Positions 39,702 through 52,124 of a stretch of 64,000 bases of DNA are shown in pieces. Origin of the DNA: Reclinomonas americana ATCC 50394 (Eukaryota); the NCBI GenBank assembly GCA_048213135.1, contig PS015097.1, positions 72,679 through 136,678 of the forward strand, written 5' to 3'. Below the pieces are notes generated by a model. That model worked only from the letters and a program-made list of their open reading frames with translations. It was not told where the DNA came from and did not search any database. Numbering within the stretch: the first letter of the stretch is position 1; the number at the start of each line of letters is the position of its first letter. A program made the position numbers and the translations under genes.

Positions 39702-41349
39702 ATGGAAGCGTTGCCACTGACGCTTCTTGTCAAGAACTTTCCAGTGGACATTGAAGATGCACAAGTGGGTGTCGTCCTTCAGCGCATTCTCGTTGGCATC
39801 GCATGCCGCATCGAGCCAAAGAAGAAGCGCCTCGGAAGAACGGTGTTGTATGCAATGCACACACGCATGCACTTGCATTCTCTCGCTCACACACACACTT
39901 TGCGTACAGACACGATGGGTGGAGGTGCACGTCACATCGGAGAGTGACCTGATTCGTGCGCGTGCGGCCTTGCAGTTGTCGTCGGCAGTGGTTTCATCGT
40001 TGGTGCTGCGTGGACCTGTCAAGCTGCGAGTGGAACGCAAGGGACAGCCACTGCCACCCGCACCTCCTCCTCCTCCTCCTCCTCCTCCTCCTCCTCCACC
40101 TCCTGCTGCTGCATCATCGCAGTCATCGTCGTTTGTCAGGGCACCAGGCATGGACGCGCTTGCAGCACAACTCGGGTTTGTGTCTTACTCTCTCTCCACC
40201 CCGCCACGTTGTCAAGCTCACAGTTGTCGTCGACTGCAGGTTCACGCAGCCACCGCCACCACTGTTGGAGTACAAGTACCCGCCACCGTGCGAGGTGACA
40301 CTGCGGAACATTGGTCGTGCGCTGGCCGCCGTGCCGCGTTTCTACAATCAGGTGTTGCACCTGATGAACCACATGAACCTGCCGGTGCCGTTCCCTCCGG
40401 CGCAGTTCCCGGGCCACGGCGATGTGAATGTGGAGGTGGAGTACGGGGAGGACGATCGACCGCGACGACAAGTGGCAGGGAAGCGACTGAGGAGTCGAAA
40501 AACTGAGATGGAGGAGGAAGAGGACGTGGCGGAAGAGGTAGAAGAAGAAGAAGAGGAGGAGGAGGAGGAGATTAGCGACGAGGAGGAGCGACAAAAGCTG
40601 CGCTCGTTGCGAGTCCAGGTGGCCGCACGGCGCCGGGAACTCAAGCGGCCGCGCATCGAGTCGACCACCAGTTCCGCAGCGGCAGCTGTGCCGGCGGTCC
40701 CTGGTATTCGCATTGCGCTGGGCGGTAGCAGTAGTGGTGGTGGCGCGCGCAAGTCGGCGGCCGATGAGCGGCAAGCGGCGCTGATTGCGGAGCCAACAGC
40801 GGTGCCGCCGCTGCGTCCTGAACCCGGCTTTGTGTACAACCCGGTGGCGGTGTCGCTGGAGGAGCTGTCGTCGCACCGCGTGGCCACCGAGGTGCTCATG
40901 CAGGACTCACGTTTCGCTGGCTACGCTCCGGGCGAGCCGTCGTGTGTGTTGTACATCAAGAACTTGCATGCCGACGTGGAGGATGCAGATCTGCGCTTCA
41001 TCTTTTCGCGATACTTTGCCTCGCAAGCCGATGCTGATCGGTACGAGAGCGGGGCTGGCAGGCAATGTCTCGAGCAGGGTGGCATCTCATTTTTCGCCCT
41101 CTCCTGCAGCTTGTTGCAAGTCAAGAACATGAAGCAAGGCCGCATGCGTGGTCAGGCCTTTGTCACGTTCCCCGACGAGCGAGCGGCCAGTGTGGCACTG
41201 CGTGAGACGCACGGCTATGTGCTGAAGAAGCAGGCCATGGTAAGCGTGAAGAGAGGTCTGTGGGAAATGTGTATATGTTGAATCGTGTTGTTGTGGTGCA
41301 GGTCATTGCGTTTGGACGCAATCCCAGCAAGACGGCCGCCGACAAGTGA
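39702..41349 (+). CDS. RNPC3: U11/U12 snRNP 65 kDa protein (minor spliceosome)
   Basis: Diagnostic linker LEYKYPPP...NIGRALAAVPRFYNQVLHLMNHMNLPVPF and C-terminal RRM YAPGEPSCVLYIKNL...MKQGRMRGQAFVTFP...HGYVLKKQAM|VIAFGR. The N-terminal RRM is divergent. Confidence 0.92.
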
Positions 41350-41584
41350 TGATGGAGGACACATCTCGCTCCCCTGGCAGTCGACAATCCACGGTCGAAG
41401 TACACGGCTTCGACAACACAACGGGAAACACGCGACCGATCAATGCAGTCGCACACAAGTGATCGGCTCCCAGCAAACCAATCAGCCCCCGGCGGCGACG
41501 AATGAACAACTCGTTTCTTTTTGGTCTTATTTCTTCTCGGGGCGAGCCCTTCCATCACTCCCACAACCGTTCCCAAAGACCAGA

Positions 41585-43043
41585 TTAAATGCGGCCCGAC
41601 AGCTGGCCGGCCAGTTCGGCAATCTGTGCCAGCTTCTTGGCCTTTTCGATTGGGTTGTCGTCCGGAGCGTTCGGGTTCTCGAGTTGTGTCAGCTTGTGGT
41701 GCTGTGGTGGCGGGGGGAGTCGAGAGGTGAGGTGGAGCGGCGAAGGAAGAAGCGCAGCAATGGTGGACATTGAACTCACCTTGCGGACCTTGATCCACAC
41801 AATGATTCCGTGAATCAACAACGACACGTTCTTGGCAAAGTTCAACAGGTACAACACGCCCATGAACGGGTAGCCCCAGATGAAGAACTGGATAGCACCG
41901 ACAATGCCTCTGCACCATGATTGTCGATGAAGCGATGAGTGCGCGCGTGCGTGCGAGCGAGATATCGGTGACACCAATGACGCAACGCGGATCCACTCTG
42001 CGCCACACCGATGCAGATAAACACCATGAAACCGAGCTGAATGCCAAAGCTAATGCCAAAGTAGCCGTACTTCCAGCTGCGCTTCTTTCTGCACGCACGA
42101 GAGACAACACACGGTGAGGCACACGGCACGAGGGAACAGTGGAGCAGGCACGGCCATTGTGCGAACCGGACTGCCGTCTTGTACAGTTGGTGGTAGCAGA
42201 CAAACCACAGCGCCATCGGGTCGAACACGGCGTACGCAAACGACAAGCCAAACTGTCACCACCCGAGGTAAGCATCGCCGACCAAAAAAAGCACAGTCAC
42301 ACAACGACGACGACCAACGAAACTCGCTCGGCGCCGCCCTCCGTGTCGGTCGCCAGCCAGCCAATCAAGATGATCAACACGTCAATCCACAACACGAAAA
42401 ATGTGACTGCGGCATCGTCGATGTCATCATCATCATCATTGTCGTCGCACGCGTGCATACGACAGAACCCATCATCACTCACCAACCCAGTTGATGTAGG
42501 CCCACTTGAGAATGTTCTTCTTGCGATCGGTGGGCACCCACTTTTGAATGTCGTGCACAATGATCGGGCACCATCTGCGCGCGCGCCAATGAGCACCGAA
42601 AGCGAGTCAGCAAAGACGCGCAATTGAGTACGCAACACTGGCCAGTTGGGCTTTGGTGGCGCCAACTTCTCCGCCTTATCGTTGACCACAGCCTCCTTGG
42701 CCGCCAACTCCGCCTCGCGTCTCGCCAGCGCCTCAGCCTGCGCACGCAGCTGCTCAGGAGTCATGTGCGACAGCGATGCCGACGATGCAGCTGTGCACGC
42801 AATGGTGATGAGCAGCGGGCGGAGAGAGGAAGACAACAGACAGAGAGCGTGCGAGTTACCTCCTGTGTTGGAGGGACCAGCGACAGCAGAGGCCATGGGC
42901 AGGGCGATCTCGGCCAGTCGCATGCCTCCACCAATCACATTGATGGCCGTCTGTGCAGAGGGCATCGAACCACGTGCACTCTCTCCACCACCGCCACCGC
43001 CACCACCACCACCAGTGTCTGTGTCGTCAACAAGACGTTGCAT
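41585..43043 (-). CDS. SCAMP: Secretory carrier membrane protein (SCAMP family)
   Basis: LARREAELAAKE coiled coil, PNWPV|WCPIIVHDI, then four hydrophobic segments with FGLS...WFVCYHQLYKTAVR|KKRSWKYGYF. The exact start is uncertain. Confidence 0.88.
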
Positions 43044-43580
43044 GTGCTCTGCGTGTGTAAGTGTGAATGAGAAAAACAAAAAGAAAAACACAAATGCGAT
43101 CATTTTTGTGCGCGAGTGATGCGCACAGAGAGAAAGCGAGACAAGTGCTATTTTTTGCTTTGATGATGCGCGCTCTCTCACACATACAACATTGAGAGAG
43201 AGAGAGACAGAGAGCGCAGCAGAACACACGAGTGCGACATGTCAACAAGAGAAAAGAGCGCGCGAAAGGACAACACACTACTCGCACGGTCTTCTGCGCT
43301 CTCGTTTCTCTCGACGCACACACACCATATATACCACACAGTGAGAGAGAGACAGAGAGAAGCCGATCTTTACCTCTTCGTGCAACGATCGCCGTAACCC
43401 GTAACCCACAAGCCGCGAAAATCCCTCCCGCGTGTTTTTCCGATCCACCGCCTCTCTCTCACTCAACGCGCACACACACACACGCGCGCTCTCGCCCAGC
43501 ACACACACGCACAGTGACACACACACTCTCTCTGTCTCTGTCTCTCCACACACGATTCGGTTGGATCTGATTTGGAGAAG

Positions 43581-46500
43581 ATGGTGCGTGAAAACATGAG
43601 TGTCTGCACTGTCCGGAGTGCGAGATGACGCTCATTATCACACACATACACACACAGAGTTCTCGCATGTCATCGGGCGTGGCTCGTCGACCAGCGACCA
43701 CTGCCACTCCAGCAGCAACAGCAGCAGCAGCAACGACAGTGGCGCGCTCTCCAGCTGCAGCAGCTGCCGCGGCCGCCGCAGCCTCTCGCGCCTCGTCACA
43801 CGCGCGCACAGAGTCCGTCTCGTCCGTGCGCAGCACAGCGTCGTCGACCCACTCAGTCACTCGCTCGCCGCTGTCGTCTCCGCGCGGAGGAGGCACCACC
43901 ACGACGACCACCACCACAACGGCCTCGAAAAAGGTGGTGACGCGACGCAGTGTGCCCGAGGCCGGCAGTCGACTGTCGACGCGATCGACTGGCGCGAAGA
44001 AGGTGGTGTCGCGTGTCGCGGCACCGCCGCCGGCATTGATGGGACCGCCTCCGTCGGTGCCATCGTTGCAGTTGCCGGTGGCGGTGGAGGCGTCTCCTCC
44101 ACCGCCGCCGCCGCCGCCGCCGCCGCCTCCACCAGTCGAGCCTGTGCCTGTGGAGGTGACGTTGGCTGCTGATGAAGGCAGTGCGTCGACCAGCAGCTCG
44201 AAGAAGAAGCTGAAGAAGAAGGTCGTCGTCAAGAAGCTGATGAAGAGGAAGAAGGCGGTGGTGACGACGGGTGCGAGTGCCGTGGTCGAAGGATCGGATC
44301 ACGAGGACGAGGAGCATCGGCAGGCGGATGATGTGGACCAGCAGAGTCACAGTCGGCAGCAGAGCGAGTCGAGCGCGCGTTCGCTGAATCTGTTGCTGCT
44401 GCAGCCGGGCAGTGGTGAGCCGCGCTTGTCGACGCAGCCGTCGGCGTCGTCGCTGTCGGCGTTGTCGATTTCCAGCATGGAGATCTCGGCGCGTACGACG
44501 CCGATTGCGGCGCCGAGCGTCAAGGACGAGGGCAGTGCGGCGGTGCATGGCGAGGAGGAGCACGAGCCGGAGAATGATGCGTCGGCGTACACGGAGGCGG
44601 TGTCGTCGGCGACAGGCACGCGCAAGAAGGTGGTGCGTAAGAAGATTCTCAAGAAGAAGGCCATCAAGAAATCGACGTCGCCCAAGCCGTCGGCCGCCTC
44701 CGATGGCGAGCGTGGTGACGACACCTCGCCGCCCCTCGCCGGTGGCGTGCGTGCGGTCTCCGTGTCACCGACGGTGGCGGTTTCGTCGGGCATCCTGCCC
44801 ACGTCGGCGGCCGCCAGCATCACCAACGAGACGAGTGCCATTAGCAGCCCGTCGTCCTCGGGCGATTCGTCGCGAAGGCAGTCGCCCAAGCGTCGGTGAG
44901 TGGGAGGAGAGATGCGGGGAGAAGGGTTATTTTTTCTGAATCACTCACTGTCATCCACACACAGCTCGGCGAGTCCGGCTCGCCGCAAGCGCGCCAAGAA
45001 GGTGCTGAAGACGGTGCGTCGCACACGCTTGGTTCCGGTGGCTGCCACGGCGGTGGAGGCGGTGCCGGTCATGTCCTCGGCCGAGGCGGCCAGCGTGATG
45101 CCGGCCGACGGCGTCTCGTACATGAAGGACGGCGTGGAGATTGTGTTCCGCGACGGCAAGCGCAAGAAGATTGTGCGCCGTCTGGTGCGCAAAGTCAAGC
45201 CAGCGTCGGAGAAGCCGCCGAAGCGCAAGAAGAAGATGGTGCGCAAGCTGATCACCACACGTGTCGTCACGGTCACGCGCCGTGTGTTGCTGCAGCGACA
45301 GGCGGAGGAGCGCGGCGAGGTGTTTGACGAGGCTGCCGCGAAGGCCGCCGGTATCGACCTCGACGAGCAGGTGACTGTGGCAGCCGACCCGGAGACTGGC
45401 GTGTTGGATCCGGATCAGTCGCCGCGCACCGGCGACGACGACGAGTGGACCGAGGTCAGCTACACGGCCACTGATCAGTCGGAGCACGATGGGGGTGACG
45501 ACGACGACGATGCCGCCAGCCAGTTCAGCGAGCAGTATGTGGCGATTGACATGGAGACGGGCGAGGAGGTTGGCTTGCCGTCGGACATGGTGCACGACGA
45601 CGGCAACTCGGAGCGCCGATGGGAGGTGCGTGGCGCCAATGACTTCCTTTTCCCAACATGGTTGTTAATCCTTGCTTGCAGACGCGCAAGCGATCACCGG
45701 CCGGCGACGACTTTGCCGACATGCAGGGCCAGTTCAGCGAGGACTCGGCCTCTGAGGGCGAAGACGATATGGACGGCCGCCGTCCCAAGCGGCATGCGGT
45801 GGCTGGTACGTGTGTGTGTGTGGTTACATGCGCGGTGATTGTGTTGAACCTCATGCGTTGCACGACAGCCGAGGGCTTGTCGGCAGCGTCGCACAAGATT
45901 CCCCTGGCGATGCACGGAAGCAACCGCGCACCCGCGGAACAGCACAGCCAGCGACACAAGCAGGCGGTGGAGCCGAGCATGTCGCTGCCGCCGCCGACCG
46001 GAAGTGGCGTGTGGTCGATGGATGTGGAGCCGGAGGACGACAGCAACAAGCTGCGGCGGTCGCTGACGGGCTCATTCCGCACCTCGTTGGATTACACTCC
46101 GGACGAGGCTCGCCAAAAACTCGACCGCCACCAGAGGCATCTGGGTCAGGTGTACTCGCTCCACGAGCTGCGACGATGTTGCGTTGCATGAGCTGAACAT
46201 TTTCTCTCTCCCTGTTGCTCACACACACACTTTCACTTCCAGTGCGCCGTGTGGCCGACGGTGGTGAAGCGGAGGACATTGCCATCCCGCTGCATGAGTT
46301 CACGGACGAGATGTTCCGCAAGCTGCGCGAGAATTACTACAAGACCGTTGGTGCGTTTTTTTGTTGCTGGTGTCAGTGGCAAGCGGAGACCTCACTGATG
46401 ATTTCGGGGACGTGCAGCCGTCTCCAAGCGATTCCCGGACTACATGAGCACCTTCAAGCTCAGCCCGCAGTTCAGGGAGCACGTGGACTCGCACCTGAAG

Positions 46501-47452
46501 AAGTTCAGCGTGCACCGCGGACAGATGAACGCTCAGCATGTCGGCATCGATTTTTTGAATCATCACGAAGCGGTGCGTGTGGGAGAGAGAGAGAGAGGGA
46601 GAGGAGGGCAGCCAGTTCGCGTTGCTGATTTTGTGGCGCATTGCAGGACATTCACGCGGTGGCCCGTGAGCTCGGCGGCTTCCTGTGCGACACGCTCGAG
46701 TACATGGACGAGGCGCGCGAATACGAGATCGCCTCGCACTTGCGCTTGTGTGGCAACAAGCATCGAAGTGCGTCGTTTGAGAATGGACAAGTGTGCATGC
46801 CGTGAAACTCGATACTGACCGCCCCACCCGCAGACTACCTTGACGAGGAGAACCGACGCTTGACTGCCGAGTTCCTGCCGCAGATTACGCTCAACTACTT
46901 AGAGTTGATTCTGCGCTCGTCGATGGACCACTTCCTGATGGCCAACAAGCACCACTTGATCGACGGCCTCGAGTACCGGGCCACTCGCTTCTCCGAGAGT
47001 GCCACGAGACAGATTACGGTTCGCTTGATACTTCGCACACACACAGAAAAGCTTGTTTTCTTACTTCGATCTCGGCACAGTTCTTCATCAACCAGGGCAT
47101 TTCGTGGATCGGCAAGGACACCGTCACCTCGATGCACCCGACCTCGCAGCACTTTGACCTCGACGATCTGCCCATGCGAGCGTTCGACCGCCACATTCAC
47201 ACGCCGCAGCCGAAGGTGCCGGACAACCCACAGCACGAGGGACTCGTGTTCCCGGATCCGACTGCCCCGTGGCGCCGCAAGCTGACGTTCCTGGTCGACA
47301 CTCTGCTCTTGCAGTGGATGCGATTCCTCTGCTTGCTGGCCGAGGAGTCGGCCGTGGAGCAACTCGAGCAGCACCGCCTGTTCAACGACCTGAAGCTGGA
47401 CTGGGAGCGCAACTGGGAGAAGAAGACCCGCGTGCAGGCCAAGGCCGCGTGA
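43581..47452 (+). CDS. Uncharacterised protein: long Ser/Pro/Lys-rich disordered N-terminus, acidic middle, helical C-terminal domain
   Basis: Long ORFs with coding-like codon use (43625-44899, 44900-45838, 46444-46818, 46860-47285, 47132-47452) join via GT-AG introns. The first coding exon appears to be the ATG alone. Confidence 0.7.
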
Positions 47453-47635
47453 TAAACTCCCTGGCTTCAATCGCCACCACCACCACCCAAGACAGATGCC
47501 CCCTTCCTCTTTCTTTTTTGCTGCGATTCCTTGTTTGATTTTCCCCTCTCCCCCCTGGTTTTTCTGTCGCTGCTGTTGCGGCGTCGACAAACATAGTGTA
47601 CTGCGTATTCCATCATTACAACAGGATTCAGTGAA

Positions 47636-49959
47636 TTATACATTTTGCTCGCCGTGGCGGTCGGCCGCAGCAGCACTAAAAGCCTTATCGTCGCCGCTCG
47701 GAAGCGGCGGTCTGTGTAATGCGAGGGCGTACGGACTGTACGGTTTCACCAGCGGCGGCGCATCGTCGCCTGCCAACCGGCCTGCACTGCTCTGGCCGCT
47801 GCCACCGAGCAGCAGCTGCGCCGATGGATACGACGTGCTGGTTTCGTCGTCGTCCTCGCCCTCGTCGTCGTCGTCGTCGTCCACAGTAAAAAGTTCCGAA
47901 GCCTACGTACGAACGAGTAATGAGAAGGAGCAAAACATGACGTGTGCGTGTTTGGCAGTGCTGGCAAACCTCGTCGAATCCAATGGCGGCTCGACTCCGC
48001 AGTGCCTTGCGCTTCACACGCGGCCCTGCGGCTGGTTTCTGCACTCGCGGCGCCGTGAGCAGCATCACGATCGTCGAGTCCTCGGTCTCCAGTGCCAGGT
48101 CCATGCACGTTTGTCCCTCTATACACGCACGCACGCACGTGAGTTGGGACCGACGGCAAGCACGACTCTCCAGCACATTCATACACACCCGCATCCACAC
48201 GGTGCAAATCGGCACCGCGTTCGAGCAGCGCCACCACAGTCGAGTAGAGGAGGCGACTGGTGGCCACCATCAACACCGTCTGCTTGGTCACCTGATGCGT
48301 GGCCTCAATGTCGGCACCGTGCTGCACCAGCACCGTCGCCAGCTGCTCGTGTCGTTCGGCGCACGCTAAAAACAGCGGTGAGCCGAGGTCCGGATTCGCG
48401 CCGTGCTGCAGAATGCTCCTGGCCAGCTCCACCAGCGGGTCACTGCGCAGCTGCTGAGTCAGTTCGGAGAAGAGAGGAGAGGAGAAAGAGAGAGAAAGAG
48501 AGAATGAGAGAGAGAGGGCAGTCGCGCAACTGAGCGAGCGGGTCGGCGACGAGATTGGGCGACGTGGCAATCAGAAGCAGTGGGGTGAGGCCGGCAAAGT
48601 TGAAGGCGTCCAAAGAGACGCCGGCTCGCACCAACTCCTCCGCACATGCTACTCGCTGGTGCTTGATGCACCAGTGTAATATGGTGTCGCCCTCGTCGGC
48701 TTCGCCAGCGACATTCGGCCACAGTCCATTCATGTTGGAGTCGGGATGGGCGACGAGAACGGCCACCGAGGCGGGGCAGTCGGCCTCACACGCTAGCGTC
48801 AGTGCCGTCATGCTGCGCTCGGTTTCCACGGCCGCCGGACTGGCAAACTGGTCGAGTAGATAGCGCACCTTGTGCTCGTAGCCGCGCCGTGCCGCGGCAT
48901 GCATCAGCGGCGTGGCACCGCGATTATCCGTCACATTAATCGTGGCACCGTGCTGCAGCAGCGCCTCCACGATATCCACCTCCGGCACCGACGCACACGC
49001 AATGTGCATGGGCGTCACGCCGTCAATGTCGCGCACATGCGGCGAGGCCCCAAACTGCATCAACACACGCGCCGTGGCCGGATCCCCGTACTCGGCGCAC
49101 ACATGCAACGCCGAGCGACCTTCCTCATCGCCGTGATCCAGAATCTGCGCCAACTCAGCCTCACTGAGCAGTCGTATCCTCCGCGTACGCACACGCTGCC
49201 GTTCCTTGGGCACCATGCGCCAGTAGGCCACCAGCAGCGACAACATGTTGCGCAGACACTCCTCCCGCTGTCGTGCACACGCGTAGTGAATCGGTGTGCG
49301 CCCGTGGCGATCCGCGGCCGCCGGATCCGCATAGGCCTCCAGCAGAATACGCACGCACTCTGTGTGTCCGCCGAGGCATGCACAGTGCAGCGCCGTCTCC
49401 CCGTTTCCGTCGGGAGTCATGACAAGCTGAGCTGCCGTCTGAAAGAGAGAGAGAGAGGGAGGGAGGGAGAGAGAGGGTGAGGGTCGGAGCACCGTCGTTA
49501 TCTGATGCCTTCCTCACTCCTAACTCGAACTAACACTCGTTCTCTCTCTTCTCTCGCCCTCTCTCTCTCTCGCTCTCATCTCTCTCGTGTCTCTCTCTCT
49601 CTCTCTCTTCTCCTCCTCTCTCTCTCTCTCTCTCTCTCTCCTCACACACCTCTGGTGGCACCGATCCGAGGAGCGCAATGAGTGCCTGTGAGGCACCCGT
49701 CGACGCTGCTCGTGTCATGGGCGAGCGGTGAGTGGCAGGGTCTTGACACTCGGCAGTGGTGAGCACTTGAGGTGGAGCTTTGGTGGTGATGCGTCGCACA
49801 GAGGCACCATCGTTCAGCCCAACAGCGTGGAAGAGGTCTTCGCGGAAGGCGCTCGCTGTGTGAGAGAGAGAGAAGAGTGAGACACTTACACACACACAAT
49901 GAGGGGGAGAGAGAGTGTGTGTGAGAGTGCGCACGATGAATGGAAGCTCCGCAGCCCAT
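47636..49959 (-). CDS. Ankyrin-repeat protein with N-terminal MGCGAS acylation motif
   Basis: Many ankyrin repeats (GETALHCAC, GRTPIHYAC, GRSALHVCA, GVTPMHIAC, GATPLMHAA, GLTPLLL). Starts MGCGAS. Confidence 0.9.
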
Positions 49960-50015
49960 GTGAGTGAGCGTTGGACGGTGTGTGTGCTTGTGTGAGAGCC
50001 GCGATGATATCGATG

Positions 50016-50059
50016 GGTTACCTGTTGGTTACCTGTCTGTAATTCCCGGCCGGTTACCT
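50016..50059. promoter_or_regulatory. Triple GGTTACCT motif in the ankyrin/RPL24 divergent promoter
   Basis: Three exact copies at 50016, 50027 and 50052 between head-to-head genes. Confidence 0.45.
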
Positions 50060-50081
50060 TACATCGATTCACTCTTGCACA

Positions 50082-50297
50082 GGTGAGCGACAAATTGCGG
50101 CTCACTGTGGCTGTGCTGGTTGTTGTGGTGTGGCGTGTAGTGATGCGTGTGAGAGAGTGGGAGAGCGGCAGAGAGCGCGTGTGTGGCGGCAGAGGCGCAT
50201 GTCATGTGCCATGTGCTTGTCCCTGCTCAGCCCTCCTCCCCCCGTGTGTGATTGTTGACTGACTGTCTTTCCTGTGCTGCGTGTTTGCGTGGTGCAG
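50082..50297 (+). other. Probable 5'-UTR intron of RPL24
   Basis: CAG|GTGAGC donor near 50082-50083 and TGCAG acceptor at 50297, 6 nt upstream of the ATG. Confidence 0.55.
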
Positions 50298-50303
50298 TAA
50301 GGA

Positions 50304-51333
50304 ATGTCGTCGTTCAAGGTCAGTGCGTGTGTTTCTTTGTGTGTGTGTGTTGTGCATGGACATGCCGTTGATCGCTCACTGCGCCTGCGCCGCTTGTCGT
50401 GTTCGTTGCTGTTGCTTTTCCCGATGTAGTCTGAGCTGTGCACATTCAGCGGTGAGTGTGTGTCGAGTTGTGACGATTTCCTTCTGGGTCGGGAGACTGA
50501 TTGAGATTGTGATTGTCTTTGTGTTGTTGATAGGCTTCCGCATCTGGCCGGGCCATGGCATCCGCTATGTGCCTTGCGTCAACATGCAGTCGACCAAGCT
50601 GGTGAGTTGATGCATCTCTGCGCTGTGTGTGTGCGTGTGTGGGCGGGCAGCACGGCATGGCCATGTGCATCTGCACCCTCGGCACGACAGCTCACTCTGT
50701 TGGGGGCTGTGTGCGGATGTGTAGGTGTACCCGTTCATCAACCACAAGTCCAAGTCGCTGTTCCACCAGCGCGTGAACCCGCGCAAGGTGCACTGGACGA
50801 TGTTCTACCGCCGCATGCACAAGAAGGGCTCCGTGGAGGAGTCGAAGAAGCGCCGCTCGAAGCGCGTCACCAAGGTCCGCCGTGAGATCACTGGTCTGAC
50901 CAAGGAGGACCTCAAGAAGAAGCGATCGGTCACCGAGCGCAAGAGCATCCGCGCCGCGACTGAGAAGTTTCGTGTTCTCCAGCGGATTGTAGATTGTCTT
51001 CCCTCTTCTTCTTCTCCTCCTCCCCTCTTCCTCTGTCTCTCTTCTGCTGCTCATTCTTCTCCTCCTTCTCTTCTTCCTCCTCCTCCTTCCGCGCCTTCTC
51101 CACCCTCTTCTTCTTCATTTTCTTCCGTCTTCTTCTTCTTCTCCAATACCGACGCATCTCGTTCCCTTGCTGTACACAGGCGCCAAAAGGACGAGCGCGA
51201 GAAGCGCAAGAAGGCCAAGGTTGCCCGCCCGACGGCAGCTGCGCAGTCTGGTCCTTCACGCTCTCAGACCAAGGCCGCCAACCGTGTTGCAGGCGCTCGC
51301 GCTCGCAACTCTGCTGGCAACGTCGGCCGCTAA
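50304..51333 (+). CDS. RPL24: 60S ribosomal protein L24 (eL24), 5 coding exons
   Basis: Spliced MSSFK|SELCTFSG|FRIWPGHGIRYVPCVNMQSTKL|VYPFINHKSKSLFHQRVNPRKVHWTMFYRRMHKKG... with a basic C-terminal tail. Confidence 0.97.
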
Positions 51334-52124
51334 ACTACACGAGCTTCGTATTACTTGGGGGGAGGACGACCAACCGGACTGGCGGGGTGGCATTGTGTTG
51401 TGGCCAGGAGGATAGAAAACAGCAGTATTTGTGTGTGGCGCGCGCGTGGGTGACAGCAGCAGGAGGAGAGTGCAACTTGTACGCCCCTCCTGTTTGTTTG
51501 TTTTGCTTGCTTGACTGTGGCGTGGTGTTACTGCCACGGCCTCGTGTGTGTGGGTGTGTGTCTTGTATCCGCGTTCGTGTGTATGCATGTATTACTTGTT
51601 GGTCAACTGGTTGCAATGCAGTCGTCGCTCCAAGAGTGCTACATTCTCGTTGTTCACATCCGTCACTTGCTTTCAGTTGCATCCGTTATCGAAACGCCGA
51701 CGCAAGCGTGTAGCGAGTTCTGATGCCGATGATGTTGGACCGATTGGTTGTACACGTAATAGATTGACTCGGAGGCGCGAATTTCGACCGTTGCAGTTTT
51801 TGGTGCATCACACGATCGCAGGTGTGGCGAGAGAGAGCGCCAGTTGATATCTTCATCGTTCGCCAATCGGTGCAGTAGCAGCAGCAGCAGCAGCACCACC
51901 ACCACCACCACAACCACACCGAGAAAGCAGAGGTGTGCCTTCGTTTCCGTCAGGAAGATCTCGTCGCTGTGTGCTTGTGGGTGTGTGTACTTGTCATCCG
52001 CATGTGTGATCACCACTTGATCGCTCTCTCTCCCTCTCTACTCTCCACCATCGTGCCATCATTGCCTGATCGTCGCCACGGCTTTCTTGCTTGCTCGCAC
52101 AGAAACCACGATTGATACCAAACA

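Noticed and set aside
51334-52124. Longest gene-free interval, checked for an ncRNA or mobile element
   Set aside because: It is GT/CA-rich UTR-like sequence with no terminal repeats, tRNA fold or snRNA motif that I can support.
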